From Hyphomicrobium sp. (lineage in GTDB: Bacteria; Pseudomonadota; Alphaproteobacteria; Rhizobiales; Hyphomicrobiaceae): a stretch of DNA of 64,000 bases. The stretch spans positions 665 to 64,664 of the forward strand of contig JANNSR010000076.1 in NCBI GenBank assembly GCA_031402935.1, written 5' to 3'. The position numbers and the translations under genes were made by a program. Of the stretch, positions 19,437 through 28,824 are shown in pieces; position 1 is the stretch's first letter; each line of letters starts with the position of its first letter. The notes beneath the pieces are model-generated. The model was given only the letters and a program-made list of their open reading frames with translations. It did not search any database and was not told where the DNA came from.

Positions 19437-20809
19437 GTGTCAGCCGTTGCTTCAAGCGGGTCTTCGACGAGACGGCGCGGCTGCGGGACTTCCGTTGAGT
19501 AGCGGGCGAGACCCTTGAGGCCTTGCGGCACAGGGCCGCCGTAGGCCCAGTCCAAAAGCTCGATCGTGTGAACGACAGGGATATCGAGCGCGGTCTGCAG
19601 TTGTGTAATGCAGCCGATGTTGCCGGCCGCAACGACGTCGGGCCGAAGCGCCTTGATATGTCCGGCCTTGCGGTCGCGAAGTTCAGTGGCGATTTTGGGT
19701 TGCAGGATGTTGTAGACGCCGGCCGAACCGCAGCACAGGTGGCCTTCAGCGATATCTAGAAGGCTGAAGCCGGCTTTTTTCAAAAGCGATTTCGGCGGCT
19801 GCGTGACGCGCTGGCCGTGCTGCAACGAACAGGCGGCGTGGTAGGCGACCTTGAGGCTGGACCAGCGCTTCGGCGCGCCGATGTCGTGGCCGACGAGAAA
19901 TTCGGTGATGTCTTTGGTCAGCGCCGAGATGGCTTTGGCGGTTGCGGCGTAAGTCGGATCATGGGCCAGCATGTGGCCGTAGTCTTTCACCGTCGTGCCG
20001 CAGCCCGACGCATTGATGACAATGGCGTCGATCTGGCCCTTGGCCATCTCCTTGGCCCAGGCGTCGATGTTGCGTTTAGCGGCGATGATAGCGTCGGCCT
20101 CCCGGCCGATGTGCTGGGTCAACGCCCCGCAACACCCAGCGCCCGCCGAGACGACGACATCGACGCCGCCACGCGCCAGCAGGCGTATCGTGGCATCGTT
20201 GATTTCGGGCCGCAGCACCTGTTGGGCGCAGCCGGCGAGCAGGATGACGCGTGCGGTGCGCTTCTTGGTGGTTGCGGCCGTGCCGGGGCCATCGAACTTC
20301 GAGGCGCGCGTGCGCCGTTGCGGCGCCAGGTCGGCCATGGCGGCAAATTCGCTGAGGCCAACTTTGCGGAACACAGGCGCTAAGCGGCGCCCGAGCGGGG
20401 CCGCACGCAGCGCCCAGCGGAAACGCGCCGGGTATGGTAGAACCGCAGCGAGCGTCTTGCGCACCATGCGATCCTTGAAGCCGCGCGCGCCGGTCTTTTC
20501 GATGTGAACGCGGGCGATATCGACAAGGTGCATGTAGTCGACGCCCGACGGGCACGTCGTCATGCACGAATAGCACGACAGGCAACGATCGATGTGGGTC
20601 GAGACCTCGGGCTTGGAGTCGATGCCCTTTTCGAGCATGTCTTTGATGGCGTAGATGCGCCCGCGCGGGCTGTCGCGTTCATCGCCGAGCAAAACGTAAG
20701 TGGGGCAGGTCGCGGTGCACAGCCCGCAGTGGACGCAGCGGCGCAGGATGCGGTCGGCTTCCGCGAGCGCCGGGTCGGCCAGCTGTTGTTCGGTGAAGTT
20801 GGTCTGCAT
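19433..20809 (-). CDS. glcF: glycolate oxidase iron-sulfur subunit
   Basis: Two ferredoxin-type Cys clusters (CVHCGLCTATCP, CLSCYSCMTTCP) are followed by CCG domains. Confidence 0.9.
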   Translation of the reverse strand: MQTNFTEQQLADPALAEADRILRRCVHCGLCTATCPTYVLLGDERDSPRGRIYAIKDMLEKGIDSKPEVSTHIDRCLSCYSCMTTCPSGVDYMHLVDIARVHIEKTGARGFKDRMVRKTLAAVLPYPARFRWALRAAPLGRRLAPVFRKVGLSEFAAMADLAPQRRTRASKFDGPGTAATTKKRTARVILLAGCAQQVLRPEINDATIRLLARGGVDVVVSAGAGCCGALTQHIGREADAIIAAKRNIDAWAKEMAKGQIDAIVINASGCGTTVKDYGHMLAHDPTYAATAKAISALTKDITEFLVGHDIGAPKRWSSLKVAYHAACSLQHGQRVTQPPKSLLKKAGFSLLDIAEGHLCCGSAGVYNILQPKIATELRDRKAGHIKALRPDVVAAGNIGCITQLQTALDIPVVHTIELLDWAYGGPVPQGLKGLARYSTEVPQPRRLVEDPLEATADT

Positions 20810-20861
20810 CGGCTCCGGCTTTGTGTCGTGGTGGTGTGGCGGCGGACGACTTGGGCAGCGG

Positions 20862-22085
20862 TCACATATTGGCGTACATGCGGCCGCGGTTCAAAAGGCC
20901 GAGCGGATCGAAGGCAGCCTTCAGGCCCAACGTCAAGCGTTCAGCTTCGGGTTTCATCGGCTCAAAGACATCGACGGAGGCGCGAACCTCGGGCGCGGCG
21001 CGGATAAGTGTGGCGTGGCCGCCCCGGACGGCGACGGCGCGGCGCACGTCTGCTGCCCCGGCATCGGCGGCGGCTGGGACTTCGAGCCATATGAGGCCGC
21101 CGGACCAGTCGTAGTAGGCCTCGGACGCCATGAACTTCTGGATCGCGGCAACGATCTCGGGGGCTTTGGACGGCGTCGTTGAAATGCGCCAAAGGCTGGT
21201 GTCGCGCGAATAGGGCATGACAGAGAGCGCGCGCAACTCGCTCCATAGCGCCCAGCTTTCTTCCGCGGCGAGTTCGAGCGGCGTGCCGTAGACCCGGAGA
21301 GCCTCGGCGAGTTTATCTTTGCGGTAGGCAACGGCGCCGGAAAAATTCTCAAGCCGCAGCAGCGTGACGGCTTCGCCAAGCGCCTTGAGACGCGGTTGAT
21401 TGAGACGGGCGGCGACGCCCTTCGGCAAGTGCGCGGCGCCGGAGACTTCGTACGGCGTGCCCATGGCTTTGGTGAGGGCTTCGATGGCGAGATCGTCAGG
21501 CAGATTACGGAATGCAAGCGTGACCAGCGTTTCGGGCAGCGGCACAACCTTGAATGTCACCTCGGTCAAGATGGCGAGCGTGCCCCAGCTGCCTGTCAGG
21601 CCGCGCGCGACGTCGAGCCCGGTGACGTTTTTCATGACGCGGCCGCCCGACTTAAATAGCTCAGCGCGGCCGTTGACGGCGCGGACGCCGAGCAGGTGAT
21701 CGCGGGCGCCGCCCGATGCGATGCGGCGCGAACCTGAGATATTGGTTGCGAAAACGCCGCCGATCGACAGCGCGCCAGCGGAAGCGCCGGTTGTTGGGCC
21801 GAGGTCGACGGGCTCAAAAGGTAGCATCTGGCCGCGGGCGGCAAGTTCGGCCTCGATTTCAAACAGCGGCGTGCCGGCGCGGGCCGACATCACAAGCTCG
21901 GTCGGCTCGTACAGCGTGATGCCGCGCATCGACGCCGTGGTGATGGCCGTTTCCGTGTTGGTGACACGGCCGGCATTGCGCAGCGCACCGTGGCCGACGA
22001 CTTCGACCGGCTGGCGGCGGCTGGCGAGCTTGGCCAGCATCGATTGAAGCTCCCACTCGGCGGCGGGACGCAGGAGTTCGGTCAC
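20862..22085 (-). CDS. glcE: glycolate oxidase FAD-binding subunit
   Basis: An FAD-binding PCMH-type domain protein located between glcD and glcF. Confidence 0.85.
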   Translation of the reverse strand: MTELLRPAAEWELQSMLAKLASRRQPVEVVGHGALRNAGRVTNTETAITTASMRGITLYEPTELVMSARAGTPLFEIEAELAARGQMLPFEPVDLGPTTGASAGALSIGGVFATNISGSRRIASGGARDHLLGVRAVNGRAELFKSGGRVMKNVTGLDVARGLTGSWGTLAILTEVTFKVVPLPETLVTLAFRNLPDDLAIEALTKAMGTPYEVSGAAHLPKGVAARLNQPRLKALGEAVTLLRLENFSGAVAYRKDKLAEALRVYGTPLELAAEESWALWSELRALSVMPYSRDTSLWRISTTPSKAPEIVAAIQKFMASEAYYDWSGGLIWLEVPAAADAGAADVRRAVAVRGGHATLIRAAPEVRASVDVFEPMKPEAERLTLGLKAAFDPLGLLNRGRMYANM

Positions 22086-22098
22086 GATAGGCTCCGTA

Positions 22099-23571
22099 TC
22101 ATGCGGCGCGCGGGGCGGCCGTATCGGTGGCTATTGCCATGCCGTCGCGGGCGTCGAGCGGGAAGACCTTGGCCGGGTTCAACAGCCATGCGGGATCGAA
22201 CACGCTCTTGATGCGCATTTGCACGGCAAGGTCGGTCGGCGTGAACTGCACGCCCATCAGGTCGCGCTTCTCGATGCCGACGCCGTGCTCGCCGGTCAGG
22301 CAGCCGCCGACCTCGACACACAGCGTGAGAATGTCGGCGCCAGCGCGCTCGGCCCGTTCGGCTTCCTCCGGTTTGTTGGCGTCGTAGAGAATGAGCGGAT
22401 GCAGATTGCCGTCGCCGGCGTGGAAAATGTTGGCGACCTTGAGGCCGTAGCTGGCGCAGATTTCGCCGATGCGGGTCAGGACGCGCGGCAGTTGCCCGAG
22501 CGGGATGGTGCCGTCCATGCAGTAGTAGTCGGAAATGCGCCCGACGGCGCCGAACGCGGCTTTGCGCCCGGCCCAGATGCGCGCGCTCTGGTCGGCATCG
22601 GACGAAATTTGTTCCGTTTTGGGCGAGAACTTGTGGGCGATTTCGGCGATGCGCGACAGCAGCGTGCCGATTTCGGTGTCGGAACCCTCGACCTCGATAA
22701 TCAACAGCGCCTCGACGTCGAGCGGATAGCCGGCCGACGCAAAGGCCTCGCAGACGTGAATGGCGGGCTTGTCCATGTATTCGATGGCGACGGGTAAGAT
22801 GCCGGCGGCGATGATGGCGGCGACGCAGGCGCCGGCGGCTTCAGGCGTTGAAAACCCGAGCATCATCGGGCGGGCGCCTTCGGCACTTTTAAGAATCCGT
22901 ACGGTTGCTTCGGTGATGACGCCGAGCTGGCCTTCCGAGCCGATGACGAGGCTGAGCAGGTCATAGCCCGGCGCTTCGAGATGGCCGCCGCCGATATCGA
23001 CAATCGTGCCGTCGATGAGCACCATGCGGACACCGAGGACGTTGTGGGTCGTGACGCCGTACTTGAGGCAATGGGCGCCGCCTGAGTTCATCGCCAAGTT
23101 GCCGGCCAGCGTGCAGGCGATTTGCGATGAGGGATCGGGAGCGTAGAAGAAACCCTTTTCGGCAACGCGGCCCGAAATGGCGAGATTGGTGATGCCGGAT
23201 TCAACCCGCGCGGTGCGGTTCGTGTAATCGACGTCGATGATGAGGTTCATTTTCGAGATGCACAGGACGACGGCATCTTCGGCCGGCAGCGCGCCGCCGC
23301 ACAACGATGTACCGGCACCCCTGGGGATGACTTTCAGGCCGTTGTCGGAACAATACTTGAGGACTTTGGCAACGTCCTCCGTCGAGCGCGGCAGCACAAC
23401 GAGCATCGGCAAGCAGCGGTAGGCGGTTAGCGCATCGGTCTCGAAGGCGCGGCGGCCTTCTTCGTCTACGATCAGGCTGTTGCGTCCAATCAGGCGCGCC
23501 AGATCGTCGGCAATCGCCGCACACCGGCCGATGGTGCCCGCATCCGGGTCAGGCAGCCTGACAAGCGTCAT
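22099..23571 (-). CDS. glcD: glycolate oxidase subunit GlcD
   Basis: An FAD-linked oxidase (VIPRGAGTSLCGGA...) with the GEHGVGIEK C-terminal motif. The start is set at ATG 23571 (MTLVRLPD). Confidence 0.9.
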   Translation of the reverse strand: MTLVRLPDPDAGTIGRCAAIADDLARLIGRNSLIVDEEGRRAFETDALTAYRCLPMLVVLPRSTEDVAKVLKYCSDNGLKVIPRGAGTSLCGGALPAEDAVVLCISKMNLIIDVDYTNRTARVESGITNLAISGRVAEKGFFYAPDPSSQIACTLAGNLAMNSGGAHCLKYGVTTHNVLGVRMVLIDGTIVDIGGGHLEAPGYDLLSLVIGSEGQLGVITEATVRILKSAEGARPMMLGFSTPEAAGACVAAIIAAGILPVAIEYMDKPAIHVCEAFASAGYPLDVEALLIIEVEGSDTEIGTLLSRIAEIAHKFSPKTEQISSDADQSARIWAGRKAAFGAVGRISDYYCMDGTIPLGQLPRVLTRIGEICASYGLKVANIFHAGDGNLHPLILYDANKPEEAERAERAGADILTLCVEVGGCLTGEHGVGIEKRDLMGVQFTPTDLAVQMRIKSVFDPAWLLNPAKVFPLDARDGMAIATDTAAPRAA

Positions 23572-23691
23572 GCGACGGTCTCCAAATCCAAAGCTCCGGG
23601 CATAACCTTGTTCACCAACGATTTCATATGCCAGCCAAGCGGCGCGCAAGTGCCCTGGCGCCGGGGCTGCTGTGGGTTTACGCTCGATTCA

Positions 23692-23710
23692 GAATAACTG
23701 TCCTGCATTC
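23692..23710. promoter_or_regulatory. candidate LysR-type T-N11-A box in the glcD/LysR divergent region
   Basis: GAAT-N11-ATTC at 23692-23710, preceded by ATTC at 23687-23690. The dyad is short, so confidence is low. Confidence 0.2.
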
Positions 23711-23767
23711 CGCACGATTTAGCGACACACTTTTTTCTGGCAGAACAAACCAAGATGGGACTGGACG

Positions 23768-24784
23768 ATGAGTAGCCCCAGAAATTCCAGTAGATCGCTG
23801 CCACCGCGAGATCCGAACGTGACCGCCATTAGCGACCTCGATATCTTCGCACGCGTAGCCCGGACCGGCAACATGTCGATGGCGGGGCGCGAGATCGGAT
23901 TATCGCCGGCAGTTGTCTCAAAACGCATCAGCCTTCTGGAAGACAGGCTCGGCGCCCGGCTGTTCCAGCGCACGACGCGGCAGTTGACACTGACGGAAAC
24001 CGGCGAAGGTTATTTCAAGCGGGTCATCGATATCCTGAGCCTCGTCGAAGAGGCCGAGGATTATGTGTCGCGGCGCAATACCAAGCCGCGCGGCGTCATC
24101 AAGATTTCGGCGCCGACGTCGTTCAACCGCCAGCATATATCGCCGCACCTGCCCGGCTTTCTAGCGCGCTATCCAGATATCGAAATCGATATGCAATTGA
24201 CCGATCACTTCGTCGATATCATTCGCGAGGGCTTCGATCTGGCAATCCGCATCGGGGAGTTGGAGGATTCATCCCTCGTTGCCCGCAAGTTGGCCAAAGA
24301 GGTGCGCGTCATTTGCGCGGCGCCGGCCTATCTCAAAGCCGCCGGCACGCCGGCGTCGCTGGCCGAGCTCGACGCCCACAATTGTTTAGTGGCCGGCGCA
24401 CAGGACGTCTGGCGGCTCGATGGGCCGGGCGGGGCGAGCGATATCCGCGTCAAGGGCAACATGCGGTCGAACTCGGCCGAATTCGTGCGCGGCGCCTTGA
24501 TGCAGGGGCTTGGACTTGCGTTGCGGGCGACATGGGACGTTGGCGCTGAAATCGAGCGCGGCGAACTTGTGGTGGTGCTGCCGGAGTATACGGGTTCATC
24601 AAAGAACGCGATTTACGCCGTCTACCCGTGCCGCGAATTCATGCCGGCCAAGGTCAACGCCTTCATCGACTATTTCGCCGATCTCTATGAAAAGGATCCG
24701 GTTTGGTCGCGGCCGGTGGCGCCAGCAGCCGCTAATGCGCCGGACGCAAAGCTGCTGCGCCGCGCCACCGGCAAAGTAGCTTAG
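23768..24784 (+). CDS. LysR family transcriptional regulator, divergent from glcDEF
   Basis: The N-terminal wHTH (FARVARTGNMSMAGREIGLSPAVVSKRISLLE) is followed by a LysR substrate-binding domain. Confidence 0.85.
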   Translation: MSSPRNSSRSLPPRDPNVTAISDLDIFARVARTGNMSMAGREIGLSPAVVSKRISLLEDRLGARLFQRTTRQLTLTETGEGYFKRVIDILSLVEEAEDYVSRRNTKPRGVIKISAPTSFNRQHISPHLPGFLARYPDIEIDMQLTDHFVDIIREGFDLAIRIGELEDSSLVARKLAKEVRVICAAPAYLKAAGTPASLAELDAHNCLVAGAQDVWRLDGPGGASDIRVKGNMRSNSAEFVRGALMQGLGLALRATWDVGAEIERGELVVVLPEYTGSSKNAIYAVYPCREFMPAKVNAFIDYFADLYEKDPVWSRPVAPAAANAPDAKLLRRATGKVA

Positions 24785-24849
24785 CCGCGACAACGGCGGG
24801 GCCTGTGATGGGCCCTTACACTTGCGGAAACTGGATTGACCGATCCGCT

Positions 24850-25047
24850 TCAGCGCTGCGAGCGGCAACTGTCCATGCAGGCTTGAAGCTGGGAATCGCA
24901 GCCCGGCGAACCCTTGGTCGAAATACGGCACTGGTTGTGGGCGGCGCGGCACTGCTGCACGCACTGATCGGCCTGCGCCAGCTCGACGTCCGCTTCGCTG
25001 GCCGCGAAGAGACCGAAAAGCGCCATACCTGCTAGGACCGACTTCAT
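24850..25047 (-). CDS. small secreted cysteine-rich protein (65 aa precursor)
   Basis: A signal peptide (MKSVLAGMALFGLFAASEA) is followed by a mature 46-aa peptide with the pattern C-x3-C-x6-C-x9-C-x6-C-x3-C. The ATG at 25047 is preceded by AAGG. I recognise no family. Confidence 0.45.
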   Translation of the reverse strand: MKSVLAGMALFGLFAASEADVELAQADQCVQQCRAAHNQCRISTKGSPGCDSQLQACMDSCRSQR

Positions 25048-25185
25048 CGCAAAACCTTGGGTCACGGGACCCGCCTCCAGCTCAGCGCCCTCCCGATGGA
25101 TAGGCTCAGAGCCGGGTTATAAGTGAGCGACCATGAACGCAACCTGAACCGCAGGTGTGGTGCGCCGGCAACCAGGGGCGCCCAG

Positions 25186-26568
25186 TCAAAAGGCGAATTC
25201 TTCGAAAATATGGTCGATGTTGCCACGCCAGCCGCCTTGGTAGCGATCGAGCAACTGGTCGGAAACGGTGCGGCCATTGCCGGCAATGACGTCGAGGGGC
25301 GCTAGGTACGTCGTCTCATCCTGGTTCAGCGCATTGATCCGGCAGCGGTTTTTGAGGCCCAGCCGGGAGATGCTTAAAGCCTGCCGGGCCAACTCGCCGG
25401 CGGTTGTCGTGCGGAACGGTGTTTTGAGCGCGGTGCGCGGCACGCCGTTGCGCAAATCTTCGCGCTCGTTGGCTGTCCAGTCCTTGACCATCTGCCAGGC
25501 CTGATCGAGGGCCGCCTCATCGTACAGAAGTCCGGTCCAGAAGGCGGGGAGCGCCGTGATCGAGTTCCAGCGCCCGCCGTCGGCGCCGCGCATTTCAAGA
25601 AAACGCTTCATGCGGACTTCGGGAAAAAGCGTCGTCAAATGGTCCGACCAGTCGTCGGCGGTGGGGCGCAGGCCTTCGAGGCCCTTGAGCTTACCGGCGA
25701 GGAAATCGCGGAACGACGATCCGGCGACGTCGATGTATTTGCCGCCGCGGTAGACGAAGTACATCGGCACATCGAGCGCGTAGTCGGCGTAGCGCTCGTA
25801 GCCCATGCCGTCCTCGAACACGAACGGCAACATGCCGGTGCGGCGTTTGTCGGTGTCGCGCCAGACTTCGCTGCGCAGCGACTGGAAACCGTTCGGCTTG
25901 CCTTCTGTGAACGGCGACGAGGCGAACAGCGCCGTCGCAATCGGCTGCAGAGCCAGCGAGACGCGCAGCTTTTTGACCATGTCGGCTTCAGTTGCGAAGT
26001 CGAGGTTCACCTGGACCGTCGCGGTGCGGTACATCATGTCGAGGCCGCGGCTTCCGACCATCGGCATGTAGCGCGTCATGACCTCGTAGCGCTGCTTCGG
26101 CATGTGCGGGACTTCATCCAGCCGCCACTTCGGCGAGAAGCCTAGCCCAAGAAATCCGATGGCCAGATCTTCGCCGACGTCGATGACTTCCTGCAGATGT
26201 TTTTCCGTTTCGTCCGCCGTTTCGTGCAGTGTCTCAAGGGGCGCGCCGGAAAGCTCGAACTGGCCGCCGGGTTCCAAGCTGATGGTGCCGCCCATTTCGC
26301 CTTCGGGACGCTTCAACGCAATGACGTTGCCGTTTTCGCGAATGGCCTGCCAGGCGTAACGCCGGATCAGTTCTTCCATGAGGGCGCGGATGCCCACTGG
26401 CCCGGCATAGGGCACGGGCGCGAGCGTGCCGGTCTGGAACACGAACTTTTCGTGCTCGGTGCCGATGCGCCATTTGGATTTCGGCTTTTCGCCCGCTGCG
26501 ATCCATGCGACGAGCGCGTCGCGCGTTTCGATTTCCGGGCTCGCCGCGCCATCTTCTCGTGTCGACAT
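25186..26568 (-). CDS. gshA: glutamate--cysteine ligase (GCS2 / plant-alphaproteobacterial type)
   Basis: A 460-aa protein with RIGTEHEKF and the family-typical length and C-terminus. Confidence 0.85.
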   Translation of the reverse strand: MSTREDGAASPEIETRDALVAWIAAGEKPKSKWRIGTEHEKFVFQTGTLAPVPYAGPVGIRALMEELIRRYAWQAIRENGNVIALKRPEGEMGGTISLEPGGQFELSGAPLETLHETADETEKHLQEVIDVGEDLAIGFLGLGFSPKWRLDEVPHMPKQRYEVMTRYMPMVGSRGLDMMYRTATVQVNLDFATEADMVKKLRVSLALQPIATALFASSPFTEGKPNGFQSLRSEVWRDTDKRRTGMLPFVFEDGMGYERYADYALDVPMYFVYRGGKYIDVAGSSFRDFLAGKLKGLEGLRPTADDWSDHLTTLFPEVRMKRFLEMRGADGGRWNSITALPAFWTGLLYDEAALDQAWQMVKDWTANEREDLRNGVPRTALKTPFRTTTAGELARQALSISRLGLKNRCRINALNQDETTYLAPLDVIAGNGRTVSDQLLDRYQGGWRGNIDHIFEEFAF

Positions 26569-26665
26569 CCGGCCCCAGTATCATCGTTGCGCGGCCACGT
26601 CATGGTGCCCGCGCGTCACAGCGGTTATGGCTGGACGCGGGCATCACGGCAAGGCTTGACAGACG

Positions 26666-27409
26666 CTAGCGCCAATCGCCGAGGACGGCATTGACAAGGG
26701 CGAGCGCTGCAACCGCGGCCGTGTCGGCGCGCATAATCCGGGGGCCAAGTGGCAAGGCGCGCACGAACGGCTTGCCCAAAAGCGCCTGACGCTCAGTTTC
26801 TGAAAATCCGCCCTCCGGTCCGATGAGGACGGCAAGCGGACCGGGCTTCAGGCCCTCAAGCGCGGCAAGCGCGCCGCTGCCACCTGCTGCCTGTTCGTCA
26901 CAAAAGATCAAGGTGCGCTGTGCGTCCCAACCGCTCAACAGCTTGTCGAAAGGCTCTGGCGCAGTCACTTCTGGAACGCGCAGGATGCCGCACTGTTCGG
27001 CGGCTTCGATGGCGTTGGCAGTCATGCGCTCAAGATTGATGCGCTCGGCGATCGTGTGCTGGGTCAGCACCGGCCGCAGGCGAGCGCACCCCATCTCGGT
27101 TGCTTTTTGAACCATATAGTCGAGGCGCGAGCGCTTGAGCGGCGCGAATACATAGTCGATGTCGGGACCTGTCTCCTGCGGGCGGGTTTCAGACAGCACA
27201 TGCAGGTTTGCAGTGCGCTTCTTGACGTCACGGATTTCGGCGACGTATTCGCCGTCGCGGCCGTTGAACACGAGAACGCGGGACCCAGTCGCCATGCGAA
27301 GCACATTCAACAGGTAGTGGGCCTGCGCTTCGGCGAGCGGGATTGTGTTGCCGGGTGCCAGCCCGGCCGTGACGTAGAGCCGTTCGGATGCCAGATCGCG
27401 GATTGCCAT
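26666..27409 (-). CDS. rsmE: 16S rRNA (uracil1498-N3)-methyltransferase
   Basis: RLYVTAGL...HYLLNVLRM at the N-terminus and LIGPEGGFSETE near the C-terminus. The start is set at ATG 27409, because the 143 upstream ORF-track codons run through a tandem repeat. Confidence 0.85.
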   Translation of the reverse strand: MAIRDLASERLYVTAGLAPGNTIPLAEAQAHYLLNVLRMATGSRVLVFNGRDGEYVAEIRDVKKRTANLHVLSETRPQETGPDIDYVFAPLKRSRLDYMVQKATEMGCARLRPVLTQHTIAERINLERMTANAIEAAEQCGILRVPEVTAPEPFDKLLSGWDAQRTLIFCDEQAAGGSGALAALEGLKPGPLAVLIGPEGGFSETERQALLGKPFVRALPLGPRIMRADTAAVAALALVNAVLGDWR

Positions 27410-27430
27410 AGGCCCCTCATAGCGAAGCCG

Positions 27431-27515
27431 CGCAATGACGCAAAGGGATGGGACGCAAAGGGAAGGGGCCGCAAAGGGATGGGGCCGCAAAGGGATGGCA
27501 CGCAAAGGGTTGCCG
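27431..27515. repeat. 5-copy tandem repeat, unit about 15-16 bp with core CGCAAAGGG
   Basis: The CGCAAAGGG core sits at 27439, 27454, 27470, 27486 and 27501, giving spacings of 15, 16, 16 and 15 bp. A degenerate copy (CGCAATGAC) lies at 27431. The array is in the rsmE/ubiA divergent intergenic region. Confidence 0.9.
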
Positions 27516-27566
27516 CCACGGGCCCGCATGGCTAGCGTGGCGCTGGAATAGCAACGGAGCGCGGTA

Positions 27567-28529
27567 TTGCCAGCAAACGCTGAATTCGAGACGGCACCGC
27601 CCGTCGCCGATGCCGCGCCGGCCAATTGGGTCGACCGCTGGGCACCGGCGGCGTGGCGGCCATACCTGCGGCTAGGACGGTTTGACAGGCCGATCGGCAC
27701 CTGGCTGCTGCTGTTCCCGTGCTGGTGGTCGCAAACGCTGGCCGAAGTGGCGAGCGGGCAGCCGTTCCCAAGCCTGTGGCTTCTGGTGCTGTTTGCCATC
27801 GGCGCGGTGGCGATGCGGGCGTCTGGATGCGCGTACAATGACTATGTAGACCGCGACATCGACGCTCAGGTGCAGCGCACCGCCAACCGTCCGATTCCAT
27901 CGGGTCAGGTGTCCGAGGAAGCGGCACTTGTTTTCGCCGCCGTCTGCGCGTTTGCCGGCCTCGCCGTACTGCTCAATTTCAATGGCTTTACGATTGTGCT
28001 GGCCATCGCGTCGCTGGCGATCGTCGCGGCGTATCCGTTCGCCAAGCGTTTGACGCCGTACCCTCAGCTCGTGCTCGGCTTGGCGTTCAACTGGGGCGCG
28101 CTCGTCGGCTGGGCGGCCGTCAACGGTTCGCTCAGTGCGCCAGCAATCGTGTTGTATCTCGGCTGCGTGCTTTGGACGGTCGGCTACGACACGATATACG
28201 CGCATCAGGACAAGGAAGACGACGCGCTGCTGGGACTGGGTTCGACGGCGCTGCAGTTCGGCGACAACACGGTCTCCTATGTCGGCGCGCTCTATGCCGG
28301 AGCTGTGGTTTTGTGGCTACTCGCGGGCGCGTTGGCCGGTGCCCACCTGATCTACTTTCTGTCGGTGACGCTGGTGTTCCTGCAAATGAGCTGGCAGGTG
28401 GCGACGCTCGATACGGCCAACCCGGCGAATTGCCTGTGGCGGTTCCGGTCGAATCGCGATGTCGGCATCGCCGTTTTTCTCGGCCTCGTGGCTGATATGG
28501 CGCTGTCGTGGTTCGCCGGATTGAACTGA
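27567..28529 (+). CDS. ubiA: 4-hydroxybenzoate polyprenyltransferase
   Basis: A UbiA prenyltransferase with the NDYVDRDID motif and about 8 TM segments. The only upstream in-frame start is TTG 27567, so the start is uncertain. Confidence 0.85.
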   Translation: MPANAEFETAPPVADAAPANWVDRWAPAAWRPYLRLGRFDRPIGTWLLLFPCWWSQTLAEVASGQPFPSLWLLVLFAIGAVAMRASGCAYNDYVDRDIDAQVQRTANRPIPSGQVSEEAALVFAAVCAFAGLAVLLNFNGFTIVLAIASLAIVAAYPFAKRLTPYPQLVLGLAFNWGALVGWAAVNGSLSAPAIVLYLGCVLWTVGYDTIYAHQDKEDDALLGLGSTALQFGDNTVSYVGALYAGAVVLWLLAGALAGAHLIYFLSVTLVFLQMSWQVATLDTANPANCLWRFRSNRDVGIAVFLGLVADMALSWFAGLN

Positions 28530-28550
28530 GCCGCGGGTTGCAAAAAACAA

Positions 28551-28586
28551 GGCGGCGGCGCAGAGGGGTTGCCTCGACGCCGCGCC
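28551..28586 (+). terminator. GC-rich hairpin downstream of ubiA (possible terminator)
   Basis: GGC(G)GCGGCG...CGCCGC-GCC forms a stem with an inner GAGG/CCTC stem. The T-run lies about 20 nt downstream (28595-28599), so this is not a textbook intrinsic terminator. Confidence 0.3.
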
Positions 28587-28824
28587 GTTGTGCCTCACTG
28601 CCGATTTTTCGAGCGGCTGTTGTCTCCAGCCATTTGGTAAAATTGACAGATTTATCTTCCGATCCCCTTAAGTCACAGCGTAAAAAACCCTTGTGCGGGC
28701 GTGCCAAAGCTGGACAAGGCGGTGCCGAACCGGGCACAAAGCGATGGCGCCGGGCCGGCTCTTTAGGTTTGCAACTCAGCCTCCGGCGCGCGTCGCAATG
28801 CCGGCCATTTTTCAAGCGAGCGCG

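Noticed and set aside
19437-19520. An expected cobalamin riboswitch ahead of cobT.
   Set aside because: The cobT ATG overlaps the glcF stop codon, so there is no leader. I saw nothing resembling a B12-box in the flanking sequence.
27431-27515. A possible CRISPR array or coding repeat.
   Set aside because: The period is only 15-16 bp with no unique spacers, there are only 5-6 copies, and no cas genes are present. The ORFs across it (27307-27519 on the minus strand and the rsmE extension) are repeat translations.
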